From: Candidatus Avelusimicrobium intestinipullorum
GTDB taxonomy: Bacteria > Elusimicrobiota > Elusimicrobia > Elusimicrobiales > Elusimicrobiaceae
Direction of reading: 5' to 3'
NCBI GenBank assembly: GCA_944324635.1
Contig: CALUXC010000005.1
Coordinates: 4,691 to 68,690 of the forward strand
Length of the DNA: 64,000 nucleotides
Part shown: positions 54,339-63,949 of the stretch, piece by piece
Position numbering within the stretch: the first letter of the stretch is position 1
How the letters are laid out: every line of letters begins with the position of its first letter
Program-made: the position numbers and the translations under genes
The notes under the pieces: model-generated
Databases searched by the model: none
The model's input: only the letters and a program-made list of their open reading frames with translations
What the model was told of the DNA's origin: nothing

Positions 54339-55508
54339 TTAGGCGGCTAAACGCGAAAACGGCGAAATTTTGCGCAGCCGTTCAATAATGGGAGGCAGCT
54401 CTTTAAGCACCAGGTCAATGTCCGCCTCGGTCGTTTGGTCCGAAAGCGAAAAACGAATAGACCCGTGTGCAAATTGGAACGGCACCCCCATCGCGCGCAA
54501 CACATGCGAAGGCTCCAGCGAGCCGGATGTGCAGGCCGACCCGGAAGAAGCGCAAACGCCCAAATCGTTCAGATACATCAAAATAGATTCCCCTTCAATG
54601 TAGCCAAAACTGATATTGGTGGTGTTGGGCACGCGGTGCTGCGGATCCCCGTTTACTTTTACGTCGGGGATAGTGGCTAAAATACCTTGTTCCAGCTTGT
54701 CGCGTAAGGCGGCAATTTGAGCGGAAGTTCCGTCCGCCAGTCTTTTGGCGGCCAGTTCCGCCGCTTTGCCCAGCCCCACAATGTACGGCACGTTTTCCGT
54801 GCCGGCGCGGCGGTGTCTTTCCTGATGGCCGCCCATTAAATAAGGCATAAACGGCGTGGCACGCCGCACATACAGCGCACCCACACCCTTTGGCCCGTGA
54901 AATTTGTGCCCGGACAAAGAAAGCATATCAATGTCCGCTTCCTGCACATTCACCGGGATTTTGCCCACGGCCTGTACGGCGTCGGTATGGAAAAGAGCCC
55001 CTTTTTCGTGCGTCAGGCGGGCAATTTCGGCAATAGGGAAAATCGTCCCCGTTTCGCTGTTGGCCCACATGACCGACACGAGTGCGGTGTCTTCGTCCAG
55101 CACGCGCTGAAAGCGCGCCATATCAAAACGGCCCAGTTCGTCCACCCCGATAAAATCCACGCGGTACCCTTGGGCTTCCAAGTATTTGTACGGCTCCATA
55201 ATGGCCGGATGTTCCACCGCGGAGGTGATGATATGTTTCTTTTTGGGCTGCGTGCGCACGGCGGAAAAGATGGCAGAGTTGTCACTTTCCGTAGCGCAGG
55301 AAGTAAAAATAATTTCGTCCGCATGGGCGGCACCGATTAAATCCGCCACTTGCTGGCGGGCACGGTCTATGACGTGCCGGTTTTCCCCGCCAAACGTATG
55401 CATGCTGGAAGCGTTGCCGTATTTCTCAGAAAAGAAAGGCAACATGGCTTCCACCACGGCGGGAGCACACTGGGTTGTGGCGTTATTGTCCAGATAAATC
55501 ACTTTCAT
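54339..55508 (-). CDS. nifS: Cysteine desulfurase NifS
   Basis: YLDNNATT, HTDAVQ, SGHKFHGPKG, RAGTENV, SSGSACTS. Confidence 0.9.
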   Translation of the reverse strand: MKVIYLDNNATTQCAPAVVEAMLPFFSEKYGNASSMHTFGGENRHVIDRARQQVADLIGAAHADEIIFTSCATESDNSAIFSAVRTQPKKKHIITSAVEHPAIMEPYKYLEAQGYRVDFIGVDELGRFDMARFQRVLDEDTALVSVMWANSETGTIFPIAEIARLTHEKGALFHTDAVQAVGKIPVNVQEADIDMLSLSGHKFHGPKGVGALYVRRATPFMPYLMGGHQERHRRAGTENVPYIVGLGKAAELAAKRLADGTSAQIAALRDKLEQGILATIPDVKVNGDPQHRVPNTTNISFGYIEGESILMYLNDLGVCASSGSACTSGSLEPSHVLRAMGVPFQFAHGSIRFSLSDQTTEADIDLVLKELPPIIERLRKISPFSRLAA

Positions 55509-55509
55509 A

Positions 55510-56358
55510 TTACGCCTGTTCTACGGTGAGGGAAGAATCTACTTTTTCCTTCAGCGTTTTTTCAATAAAATTTTTAAGCGTGCCGGCCGCGCCCGCACAT
55601 CCGCTGCACATGCCGGTCAGGCGGATTTTCACCACCGAGCCTTCCAAATCCACCAGCTCGGCAGAACCGCCGTCCATATTCAGCTTGGGGCACACTTCTT
55701 CTTCCAGCACCCGTTCAATGGTTTTAATTTTTTCCACCATCGTCATCTGAGCAAACGTTTTAGGCTGGGCGGCAGGCGCCTGGTTGGCCCCGTTTACTTT
55801 GTCCAAAATCTTTTGGATTTCCCCTTTGCAGCGGCCGCATGCGCCGCCGGCTTTGGTGAAATGCGTTACGTCTTCCACCGTTTTTAAGTGGTTGGAGCGA
55901 ATCGCTTTGATAATCGTTTCTTCCGAAACGTTAAAACAATGGCAAACGATTTTTTCTTCCTGCTGTTCAAACACCACGGGCGCGCCGCCTTGGCGATAGC
56001 TTTTTACGGCCGCTTCCAGCGCTTCCATCCCCATGACGGAACAATGCATTTTTTCGGCGGGAAGCGTGCCCAGCGCGTCGGCAATATCCTGGTTGGTAAT
56101 TTTGGAGGCCTCGGCGATGGTTTTGCCTTTAATCATTTCCGTCAAAATAGACGAAGAGGCAATGGCGCTTGCGCAGCCGAAAGTTTCAAATTTGGCATCT
56201 TCAATAACGTCGGTTTCTTTGTTTACCTTAATGGTAAGTTTCAGGGCGTCTCCGCACACCAGGCTGCCTACTTGGCCCGTACCGTCGGCATTGGGAATGG
56301 CTCCCACGTTGCGCGGATTTCTAAAATGATCCATTACTTTGTCCGTATAGTCCCACAT
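55510..56358 (-). CDS. nifU: Three-domain Fe-S scaffold NifU
   Basis: IscU-like domain (CGD, FGCASA, KMHCS), BFD-like CHCF...CGRC, NfuA-like CSGC. Confidence 0.92.
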   Translation of the reverse strand: MWDYTDKVMDHFRNPRNVGAIPNADGTGQVGSLVCGDALKLTIKVNKETDVIEDAKFETFGCASAIASSSILTEMIKGKTIAEASKITNQDIADALGTLPAEKMHCSVMGMEALEAAVKSYRQGGAPVVFEQQEEKIVCHCFNVSEETIIKAIRSNHLKTVEDVTHFTKAGGACGRCKGEIQKILDKVNGANQAPAAQPKTFAQMTMVEKIKTIERVLEEEVCPKLNMDGGSAELVDLEGSVVKIRLTGMCSGCAGAAGTLKNFIEKTLKEKVDSSLTVEQA

Positions 56359-56476
56359 AGCAAGACCCCCTTTCCTATATGTATTATTATATCATTTTGA
56401 ACCGCTGTGGCAGGCCCCGGCAAAGCCCGCGCACGGGCGCCCCGCCCGCGGCGCTTTTTGGTAAAATAGAAGTACG

Positions 56477-57304
56477 ATGATTTTCAAAAATGCCGCCGTT
56501 TTTTATAACCCGCACAAAACACACACCACCGCTTTAGCCGAAGAGGTGTGCGCGTTCTTGCGCCAGCACGGCCTGCAAGCGCAGCTGATTACGGATTTGA
56601 GCACCCTCACCGCCGAAACGGAACTCCTTATCAGTATGGGCGGGGACGGCACCATGCTCTCTTGTGCGCGCGCGGCAGCGCCGCTGGGGATTTCGCTCTT
56701 CGGCATTAACTGCGGCACGCTGGGTTTTTTGGCGGCCTGCGAGCGGGAAGACGCCTTGTCCTCCCTGCAGGCGTTGCTAAACGGCAAGTGCGCCCTCAAC
56801 GAAAGATTTATGCTGCACACGCGCATTTGGGCCAAGGGGGCCAAGCCGCGCGAATTTTTGGCATTTAACGATTGTGTCCTGCGGGCGGCCGCACCGCGTG
56901 CTTTCCTGGTGGAAGCCAAATGGAACGGCAAAGATATTCCTTCGTACTTTGGGGACGGGGTCATCGTCGCCACACCGACGGGTTCCACCGCCTATTCGCT
57001 GGCGTCTGGCGGCCCGATTGTGGAGCCGGGAGTGGACGTGCTGGTGGTAACACCCATTTGTCCGCACACCTTAAATCAAAGACCGCTGATTTTGTCCGCC
57101 CAAGGAGAGCTGACGCTTACACCGTCTTTCAAAACCGCCTCCGACCGTGCCGCCTGCAGCATTGACGGCCAAATCAATTTAACCCTCCCGCCGGGAGCCT
57201 GCGTGCAAATTTCCCGCAGTGCGCTGAAAGCCAAACTGCTCTGCCCGCCGGAAAGAGGGTTCTTTCAAATTCTTAACCGCAAGCTCAAATGGGGGAACCG
57301 CTGA
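56477..57304 (+). CDS. nadK: NAD kinase
   Basis: GGDGTML, GTLGFL, FNDCV, GDGVIVATPTGSTAYSLASGGP. Confidence 0.95.
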   Translation: MIFKNAAVFYNPHKTHTTALAEEVCAFLRQHGLQAQLITDLSTLTAETELLISMGGDGTMLSCARAAAPLGISLFGINCGTLGFLAACEREDALSSLQALLNGKCALNERFMLHTRIWAKGAKPREFLAFNDCVLRAAAPRAFLVEAKWNGKDIPSYFGDGVIVATPTGSTAYSLASGGPIVEPGVDVLVVTPICPHTLNQRPLILSAQGELTLTPSFKTASDRAACSIDGQINLTLPPGACVQISRSALKAKLLCPPERGFFQILNRKLKWGNR

Positions 57305-57305
57305 T

Positions 57306-58967
57306 ATGTTGCTGCGAATGCGCGTGCAAAATTTTGCTATTATTTCCGATTTATCGCTGGATTTCGCCCAGGGGTTAAACGTTTTTTCGGGCGAAACGGG
57401 CGCCGGCAAGTCTATCGTTATAGAAGCGTTGGGCTTTGTGCTGGGGGCCAGAGGGGACGTGTCCGTCATTAAAGACGGGGCGGACAAAATGTCCGTCACG
57501 GCTTCTTTTTCCTCCCAAGATTTACCCGCCGAACTGCGAAAAGAATTTCAAATCGCGGCCGATGTATTTACCTTAAAAAGAGAATTGGACCGCAAAGGCA
57601 AAAGCAAAGCCGCCGTGGACGGCCGCACCGTAACGGTAACCGCACTGGCACGCTTGGGAAGAGCCCTGGTGGATTTTCACGGCCAGCATGAACATCAAAG
57701 TCTGCTTCATTCTTCCGTGCATTTGGCCTTGCTGGATAAATTTGCCAAACACGACGCGCTGGTGAACAAAACGCAAGAAGCTTACCGCCAATGGCAAGCC
57801 GCCCAAGCCCAGCTAAATGCCGCCCGCATGAGCGAGCAGGAACGCGAACAACTGCTGGACATGAGCCGCTACCAGCTAAAAGAGATTGAAGACGTTCACC
57901 CCACGGCGGACGAAGACTTTCAATTAGAGCAAACCCTCCCCAAAATGAAACACGCGGGCCGCTTGCTGGAAATGGCGCAGGAAGCCTATTACGAGTTGTA
58001 CGCCGCGGAAGATTCCGCCACTTCCCGCGCAGGCAAAGCCCTTAAAGATTTGCAAAGCATGGCCGAACTGGACGAAAATCTTTCCGCCCTGGCGCAGGAC
58101 TTAAATTCCGCCCTGCTCACGCTGGAAGACGCCGCCTCCACCCTCGGCTCCTATAAAGACGACATCAACCTGGAGCCCGACGCCCTGGACCGCATGCTGG
58201 AACGGCACGAAAAAATCAAACGCTTAAAAGCCAAATACGGCCCCGAAATTGCAGATGTATTGGAAAAAGCCGACCATCTGCGCGAACAAATAGACCAGCT
58301 GGAACACGGGGAAGAACGCGAACAAGATTTGGAAGCGGAAGTGGAACGGGCCAAAGGCCGCCTGCTCACACTGGCGCAGGAGCTGCACGAAAAACGCATG
58401 CAGGCCGCGCAAAAACTTTCCGCCCGCATTACCGAAGAAATCCGTCCGCTTGGATTTAATGCGATACATTTCTCGGTTGCCGTGGAAATGGACGAAGAAA
58501 ATTTGGGCCCGTCCGGTGCGGACAAAGTGGAATTTTTATTCTCCCCCAACCCGGGCCAAGCCTTGCGCCCGCTTAAAAACATCGCTTCCGGCGGCGAAAT
58601 TTCGCGCGTGATGCTGGGGTTAAAAACCGTGCTGGCGCCCACGGTGCCGGTGATGGTGTTTGACGAAGTGGACGCCGGGATCGGCGGCGAGACGGGCAAC
58701 TTGGTCGGCCAAAAACTGCACGACGCCGCACAAGGCCGCCAGGTATTGTGCGTAACGCACTTGGCGCAAGTGGCCGCACGGGCAGACCAAAATTTCCATG
58801 TTTCCAAAAAAGCTTCCAAAACGGCAACGGACGTTTCCATTTCGCCGCTTTCCGGTGACGCGCTGACGGCCGAAATCGCCCGCATGCTGGGCGGCCAGGC
58901 GGACAAACATTCCGCCGCATTCTCTCACGCAGAGGAGCTGCTGAAAAATGCAAAACGTTTATCATAA
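57306..58967 (+). CDS. recN: DNA repair protein RecN
   Basis: GETGAGKS, HGQHEHQ, ASGGEISR, FDEVDAG, VTHLAQVAA. Confidence 0.97.
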   Translation: MLLRMRVQNFAIISDLSLDFAQGLNVFSGETGAGKSIVIEALGFVLGARGDVSVIKDGADKMSVTASFSSQDLPAELRKEFQIAADVFTLKRELDRKGKSKAAVDGRTVTVTALARLGRALVDFHGQHEHQSLLHSSVHLALLDKFAKHDALVNKTQEAYRQWQAAQAQLNAARMSEQEREQLLDMSRYQLKEIEDVHPTADEDFQLEQTLPKMKHAGRLLEMAQEAYYELYAAEDSATSRAGKALKDLQSMAELDENLSALAQDLNSALLTLEDAASTLGSYKDDINLEPDALDRMLERHEKIKRLKAKYGPEIADVLEKADHLREQIDQLEHGEEREQDLEAEVERAKGRLLTLAQELHEKRMQAAQKLSARITEEIRPLGFNAIHFSVAVEMDEENLGPSGADKVEFLFSPNPGQALRPLKNIASGGEISRVMLGLKTVLAPTVPVMVFDEVDAGIGGETGNLVGQKLHDAAQGRQVLCVTHLAQVAARADQNFHVSKKASKTATDVSISPLSGDALTAEIARMLGGQADKHSAAFSHAEELLKNAKRLS

Positions 58968-59253
58968 ATTTGCTTCCTTTTTACCTCACCGCCTCTTGGG
59001 CTTAAAAGGTCTGAGCCGGCTCTACATCGTGCTCTTTTATGCCACGCTTGCCGTAGGATTATATGCGGCCGTATGCTGGGTGGGCACATTCATGCAAGAT
59101 CCGGCCGAACTGGGGACCTATTCCGCCCCGGTGCGCAAAATTTATTTGCTGGCTTTCGCCCAAGCCCTGCTGGCTTGCGTGGGGTGGAGCGTGCTGATAC
59201 GCGTTTGCCAAGCGCTGCACGAGGCCTGCCAAGCGTTATCCAACAACAAATAA
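58948..59253 (+). CDS. Small two-TM membrane protein
   Basis: 101 aa with two hydrophobic helices; similar to the next gene. Confidence 0.6.
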   Translation: MQNVYHKFASFLPHRLLGLKGLSRLYIVLFYATLAVGLYAAVCWVGTFMQDPAELGTYSAPVRKIYLLAFAQALLACVGWSVLIRVCQALHEACQALSNNK

Positions 59254-59344
59254 CCGCCGCGGAATTATCGCTACAAACTACATTCTTTTGATACAATATG
59301 AACATGGGGGGTATGACGTTCGTCCCCAATATAAGGAGTGAACT

Positions 59345-59692
59345 ATGTCTAAATGCTGCAAAGGCGCCAAATGGTGGCCGCACAACTGGCTGTGCTTGAA
59401 AGGGTTGTCCGTCGTCTTCTTGGTGCTTTTTTATCTCGCGTTGGTTTATGCCGTTTTCCAGGCGTATGCCATTTTCACGCATCCGCAACTGTCCGGAAGC
59501 GAAATGTGGCTGGCTGCCGCTTTCTATGTAGCGAGCGACCTGGCCGCCGCCATCGGCTTCTTGACCGTGGCCAAAATTCTCAAAGCCATTCGCAAAATCA
59601 AAAAAGCGGTGGCTCCGTGTGCTTGCTCCGTAGTTGAAGCGGAAGAAAAACCCGCTGAATCCGAAACCGAAGCGGAACAAGAATCCAAATAA
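59345..59692 (+). CDS. Small two-TM membrane protein, paralog of the previous gene
   Basis: SD TAAGGAG; PHNWLCLKGLS..VLFY versus PHRLLGLKGLS..VLFY; acidic tail. Confidence 0.7.
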   Translation: MSKCCKGAKWWPHNWLCLKGLSVVFLVLFYLALVYAVFQAYAIFTHPQLSGSEMWLAAAFYVASDLAAAIGFLTVAKILKAIRKIKKAVAPCACSVVEAEEKPAESETEAEQESK

Positions 59693-59753
59693 TCTAAGCG
59701 GCGCGGAACGCTCCGCGCCGCTCTTTTTTCTTTTTTATTTTTAGCGAGGTTGT

Positions 59754-61079
59754 ATGAGAAAAAGCGTTGTGGCCGTATGTCTGTTGCTGGCGCCCCTTAT
59801 GTGCCAGGCGGAAACTATTAAAATGAAGACGGGGGAACTGATCAGCGGGTCTATTTTGTCTCAAACCGAATACACGCTGAACTTGGCCACGTCTTACGGC
59901 AACATCACCCTCAACCAACGCGAAATTGAACAAATCCTGCCCGATAAGCACCGCATCGTTCTAAAAGGCGGCACCCAGCTGGTGGGCGTTATTTTGGATT
60001 TGGACGAATTCAACCTCAAACTGCAAACGGACGACGGAAATATCGTAAACGTAGATATGCCGCAAATCGTTTCCATTGACGTTTACGATTACGACCAGGG
60101 CAAAAAAGCCCAACAGGAATTTGTCCAGCAGAACATTGAACAACAGCAAGCGGCCCAAGCCGCACGCGAAGCCGCCGCCCAAACGGGAACCGCTCCCGTG
60201 GTGGAAGCGGCCGGCGGGCTGACGTTTGATTCCGATATTAACCAAGTTTTTGATACGCAAAAAGCCACCGTGGTCAACGGTTCCGTAGTTACGCCGTCGG
60301 CCCGTGTGCAAACCCCGGCCCCCCGCCCGCTTACGGACGAAGAAGCTTTCTTAAAAGGCGTCAAAACAGGCGCTATCAGCCAGCAGGAATATGCGGCCGC
60401 GGCCAAAGAAGAATTGGCCTCTAAAAAGCCCGCCAAAAAGGAAAAAGCAAAAAAGCCTGCCTACAAAGAAAAAGATTTTGACAAATACTTCGCAGTAGAA
60501 GCCGGTGTGATGGATTTGGATTTGAAAGCGAGCGGCACCCTTAAACTGGGGGACGTGGCTTCCATTGATTTAGGGGACCAAACCGTGGACGCGGGCGGCA
60601 TGAGTGCGGCGATTTCGTCTAAATTTCTCTGGCGTATTAAAGAATCCAATTTATGGCTGGGGCCGATGCTCACCTTCTCCAGCATTTCCAATAACGATTA
60701 CACCGCCACCCTCCCCGGCGTAGGCAGTTTGGACGCCAGCAGCAGCGGCAACATCGTTACGCTGGGCGTAGGGGCCAACTATTACTTGAACCCCGCCAGC
60801 CGCTTTTCTTTTTACCTCACGGCTAATGCCTCTTACGAAATGCTCACGCTCAACTACCGCGGCAGCATTATCAATGCAGACGAAAACGAAATTCCTTTCC
60901 GGGATTCCATCACTTCCAACGGTTTTTCCGGCGCGGCCGGCGTGGGCGTGGAAACCTGGGTGGACGACGTGATGATTGGGCTGGAAGCCAGGCAAGTATT
61001 TGCCACTCGCAGCAACGAGCTGAAAGAATCCGCCGCTTCCAACACGGTACTGCAAGCCAAACTCAGCTGGAAATTCTAA
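59754..61079 (+). CDS. Outer-membrane beta-barrel protein with two N-terminal tandem repeats
   Basis: Signal peptide; two ~42-aa beta-rich repeats; Ala/Gln/Lys-rich linker; amphipathic strands ending QAKLSWKF. Confidence 0.7.
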   Translation: MRKSVVAVCLLLAPLMCQAETIKMKTGELISGSILSQTEYTLNLATSYGNITLNQREIEQILPDKHRIVLKGGTQLVGVILDLDEFNLKLQTDDGNIVNVDMPQIVSIDVYDYDQGKKAQQEFVQQNIEQQQAAQAAREAAAQTGTAPVVEAAGGLTFDSDINQVFDTQKATVVNGSVVTPSARVQTPAPRPLTDEEAFLKGVKTGAISQQEYAAAAKEELASKKPAKKEKAKKPAYKEKDFDKYFAVEAGVMDLDLKASGTLKLGDVASIDLGDQTVDAGGMSAAISSKFLWRIKESNLWLGPMLTFSSISNNDYTATLPGVGSLDASSSGNIVTLGVGANYYLNPASRFSFYLTANASYEMLTLNYRGSIINADENEIPFRDSITSNGFSGAAGVGVETWVDDVMIGLEARQVFATRSNELKESAASNTVLQAKLSWKF

Positions 61080-62183
61080 ATGAAAATTCTCATCTTGCCA
61101 AACGCGTTTAAGGGTTCTTTAAGCGCGGCTTACGCCGCACGCGTGATGAGCCGTTGTTTGGCAAAAAAACACACTGTGCGTGCTTTCCCTATTTCGGACG
61201 GGGGCGACGGGTTTATGGACTTCTTCTCCCCGCTGGACCCGCACGCCAAAAAAATCCGCCTGCGTGCAAAAAACGCTTTCTTAAAAGCCAAGAACACCTA
61301 TTTTTTAATGCTTAGCGACGGGAAAACCGCCATCGTGGAAACGGCACGCATTTGCGGGTTGGGAAGCGCTAAAAAAGAAGAACTGGACCCGATGGGAGCT
61401 TCTTCGTGGGGTGTGGGAGAAGTAATTCTAAAGGCGGTACGCGCGGGCGCCAAAAACATTTATGTTGGCCTGGGCGGAGTAGCCTGCAACGACGGCGGCG
61501 CCGGCATGGCGGCTGCCTGCGGGGCCGTGCTGACGGACAAAATGGGCCGTACCCTGGCACCCGGAGCCGAGCCCTTACTAGGCATTAAAAAAGTAGATTT
61601 GGGACCCCTTCAAAAAAACTTAAAATCCGTTCGCATTTATGCCGTGGCGGACGTAACGAACCCGCTTTTAGGCCCCAAAAGCTCGGCCAAAGTGTTTGGC
61701 CCGCAAAAAGGCGCCACGCCCGAACAGGTGAAACGGTTAGACAAAGCCATGGCCCGCTGGGCGCAAGCCCTCAGCCGCGCTTGCGGCAAACCAATTGCCC
61801 ACACGCCCGGTACGGCGGCCGCGGGCGCCATTGCCGCCGGGCTATACGGAGCATTTGGGGCGGAACTTTTGGTGGGAGCCGATTTCTTGTTTCACAAAGC
61901 GCGCCTGGAACGCTATTTCAACTGGGCCGACTTGGTGATTACCAGCGAAGGAAAACTGGACCGCCAAACCTTTTACGGAAAAGCACCCCTGGCCGTATTA
62001 AAACTGGCCAAAAAGCACCACAAACCCGTTTTGTTTATTTGTGCCCTGGCCGATGAACAAGCTCTTAAACATCAGCCGCTTGCGCCTGCGCGGCTGGCCG
62101 TCCTTTCGGACTTTGCCCCCACCCTGGCCGACTGTGCCGCCCATACCGCCCGCTACCTGCAGCGGGTGTGCAAAAGTATTTAA
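61080..62183 (+). CDS. glxK: Glycerate kinase
   Basis: PNAFKGSL, ISDGGDG, GLGGVACNDGG, DVTNPLLG, FGPQKGA, TSEGKLDRQT..GK. Confidence 0.9.
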   Translation: MKILILPNAFKGSLSAAYAARVMSRCLAKKHTVRAFPISDGGDGFMDFFSPLDPHAKKIRLRAKNAFLKAKNTYFLMLSDGKTAIVETARICGLGSAKKEELDPMGASSWGVGEVILKAVRAGAKNIYVGLGGVACNDGGAGMAAACGAVLTDKMGRTLAPGAEPLLGIKKVDLGPLQKNLKSVRIYAVADVTNPLLGPKSSAKVFGPQKGATPEQVKRLDKAMARWAQALSRACGKPIAHTPGTAAAGAIAAGLYGAFGAELLVGADFLFHKARLERYFNWADLVITSEGKLDRQTFYGKAPLAVLKLAKKHHKPVLFICALADEQALKHQPLAPARLAVLSDFAPTLADCAAHTARYLQRVCKSI

Positions 62184-62261
62184 CAGATACATGTACCGCG
62201 TGCGGATTACACCACCAGCAGGCTAATTTCTATGTTCTATTTTGCTTGTCCTAAATGCATA

Positions 62262-62292
62262 AAAAAGCGCGCCCTGTTTAGGCGCGCTTTTT
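62262..62292. terminator. Bidirectional terminator
   Basis: AAAAAGCGCGCC / GGCGCGCTTTTT. Confidence 0.8.
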
Positions 62293-62306
62293 GCTATATA
62301 TGCAAA

Positions 62307-62960
62307 TTAATACACCATGTCGGCAATTTCCCGGGGATCATCCGTGATAAAATCCGGCTGATACGAGGCCAGCAGTTCCCGGGTGCGAAAACCCCACGTA
62401 ACCGCACAGACGCGAACTCCTGCATTTTTGGCGGTTTGCATATCTACGTCCGAATCGCCCACATACAACACCTTTTCCCGCGGCGTGCCGGTAAGTTCTA
62501 CAATTTCGTCCACGATAGTCGGGTCCGGCTTTACAGGGATTCCCTCCCGCTGCCCGAGCACCGCCGCAAACGTGATGTTCGGAAAAAAATGTTTGACCAG
62601 CCTTTCCGTAGCGCTTTGGTATTTGTTAGAGGCCACGGCCAGCTTAATCCCGCGTTTTTGCAAGGACTCCAACAGCTGCGGCAGCCCAGCATAAGGACGG
62701 GTGAAATCCGTTAGGTGGTTATCGTAATACTCAAAAAAAGCGGGGCGGATTTTTTCCACGTCTTGCGCCGTTTTATGGCCTTCCGGCAAGGCCCGCTCCA
62801 ACAGTTTATTCACGCCGTTTCCTACAAATTGTTGGCACTCTTCCTGCGTGCGGACGGGGAACCCCAACGCTTTTAACGCCGCATTGGCCGCGGCGGCCAA
62901 ATCGGAAATAGTGTCTAGCAGGGTGCCGTCCAAATCAAAAATTACAAGTCCTTCTTCCAT
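62307..62960 (-). CDS. HAD hydrolase, phosphoglycolate-phosphatase-like
   Basis: FDLDGTLLDT, VASNK, KPDP, YVGDSDVD. Confidence 0.9.
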   Translation of the reverse strand: MEEGLVIFDLDGTLLDTISDLAAAANAALKALGFPVRTQEECQQFVGNGVNKLLERALPEGHKTAQDVEKIRPAFFEYYDNHLTDFTRPYAGLPQLLESLQKRGIKLAVASNKYQSATERLVKHFFPNITFAAVLGQREGIPVKPDPTIVDEIVELTGTPREKVLYVGDSDVDMQTAKNAGVRVCAVTWGFRTRELLASYQPDFITDDPREIADMVY

Positions 62961-63027
62961 ACAGTTTTACTCCTTTTAACAAATACAAAATCTTTCATAA
63001 AACACCCGCCTTTTCGGCGGGTATTTT

Positions 63028-63927
63028 TTATAAGTACTGGCGGAAAAAATCGGCCAGGCGCTGTTTGTATTCAAACCCGCCCACTTCGGCGCATTTATTG
63101 TGCCGGGCGCCGGGTACCAGCCAAATTTCTTTGGGTTCACCCGCTTTCTTAAAAAGCATTTTGGCCTGCGCGGCGGGGACTAAATTGTCGTAGCGTCCGT
63201 GAATAATCAGCACCGGGCGCGGGGCAATTTTGGGGATATTGTATTTGGGGCTGTAACGCTCCGGATTGACGCCCAAATACTTGCGGATATAATGCAAAAT
63301 AATCGGAATCAGCGGGAAATAAGGCACTTTGTGGTGCACCCACGCCCAGCGAGAAACCACCCGTCTAAACGAATAGTAAGACGCTTCCGCCACCACGCAG
63401 GCAATTTCCGGATTGCGGGCCGCTTCGCAAATGGCCACCATGCCGCCCATGGACAAGCCGTAAAGGCCAATTTTTTCGCAAAATTGCGGGCGCGTTTCTT
63501 TCAAAAACCGCACCGCGGCCGATACGTCTTTGAGTTCCAAATAGCCGATAGAGCTGGTTTTGCCCCCGCTTTCCCCTAAGGCACGGAAATCAAAATACAG
63601 CAGGTTGAACCCCAAGTCATGCAGGAAATAGGTGTTCTTCAAAATATCGGCCCGGTTCATGCCCCAGCCGTGCATTAAAATAATGGTTTTATTGGAGTAG
63701 GCTTCGCTGGGAATAAACCACCCTTTGATTTGCACTTTGTCTTCGGTTTTGAAATAAACATTTTCATAGGGCAGGCCAAACTGGTCCGGCCAGGCGTCCA
63801 GCGGTTTGCGTTTGGAAGTAGGGTGAAGCACTTTTTTGGCCGCACGCATACAAAAATATACCGTGCCCAACGCTACCAAAAACGCCGCACCCAATACCGA
63901 AAATACAAGATACCAAAAGGGAGTCAT
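63028..63927 (-). CDS. Membrane-anchored alpha/beta hydrolase
   Basis: N-terminal TM; HGW, GLSMGG nucleophile elbow, IHGRYD, GARH; start at MTPFW after AAGGAG. Confidence 0.9.
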   Translation of the reverse strand: MTPFWYLVFSVLGAAFLVALGTVYFCMRAAKKVLHPTSKRKPLDAWPDQFGLPYENVYFKTEDKVQIKGWFIPSEAYSNKTIILMHGWGMNRADILKNTYFLHDLGFNLLYFDFRALGESGGKTSSIGYLELKDVSAAVRFLKETRPQFCEKIGLYGLSMGGMVAICEAARNPEIACVVAEASYYSFRRVVSRWAWVHHKVPYFPLIPIILHYIRKYLGVNPERYSPKYNIPKIAPRPVLIIHGRYDNLVPAAQAKMLFKKAGEPKEIWLVPGARHNKCAEVGGFEYKQRLADFFRQYL

Positions 63928-63949
63928 AAGTTCTCCTTTTCCCCAAAAT

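Noticed and set aside
16561-56358. Nitrogen fixation suggested by nifV-like plus nifS/nifU genes
   Set aside because: No nifH/D/K/E/N/B in the window; the genes are ~37 kb apart and each has a simpler housekeeping explanation
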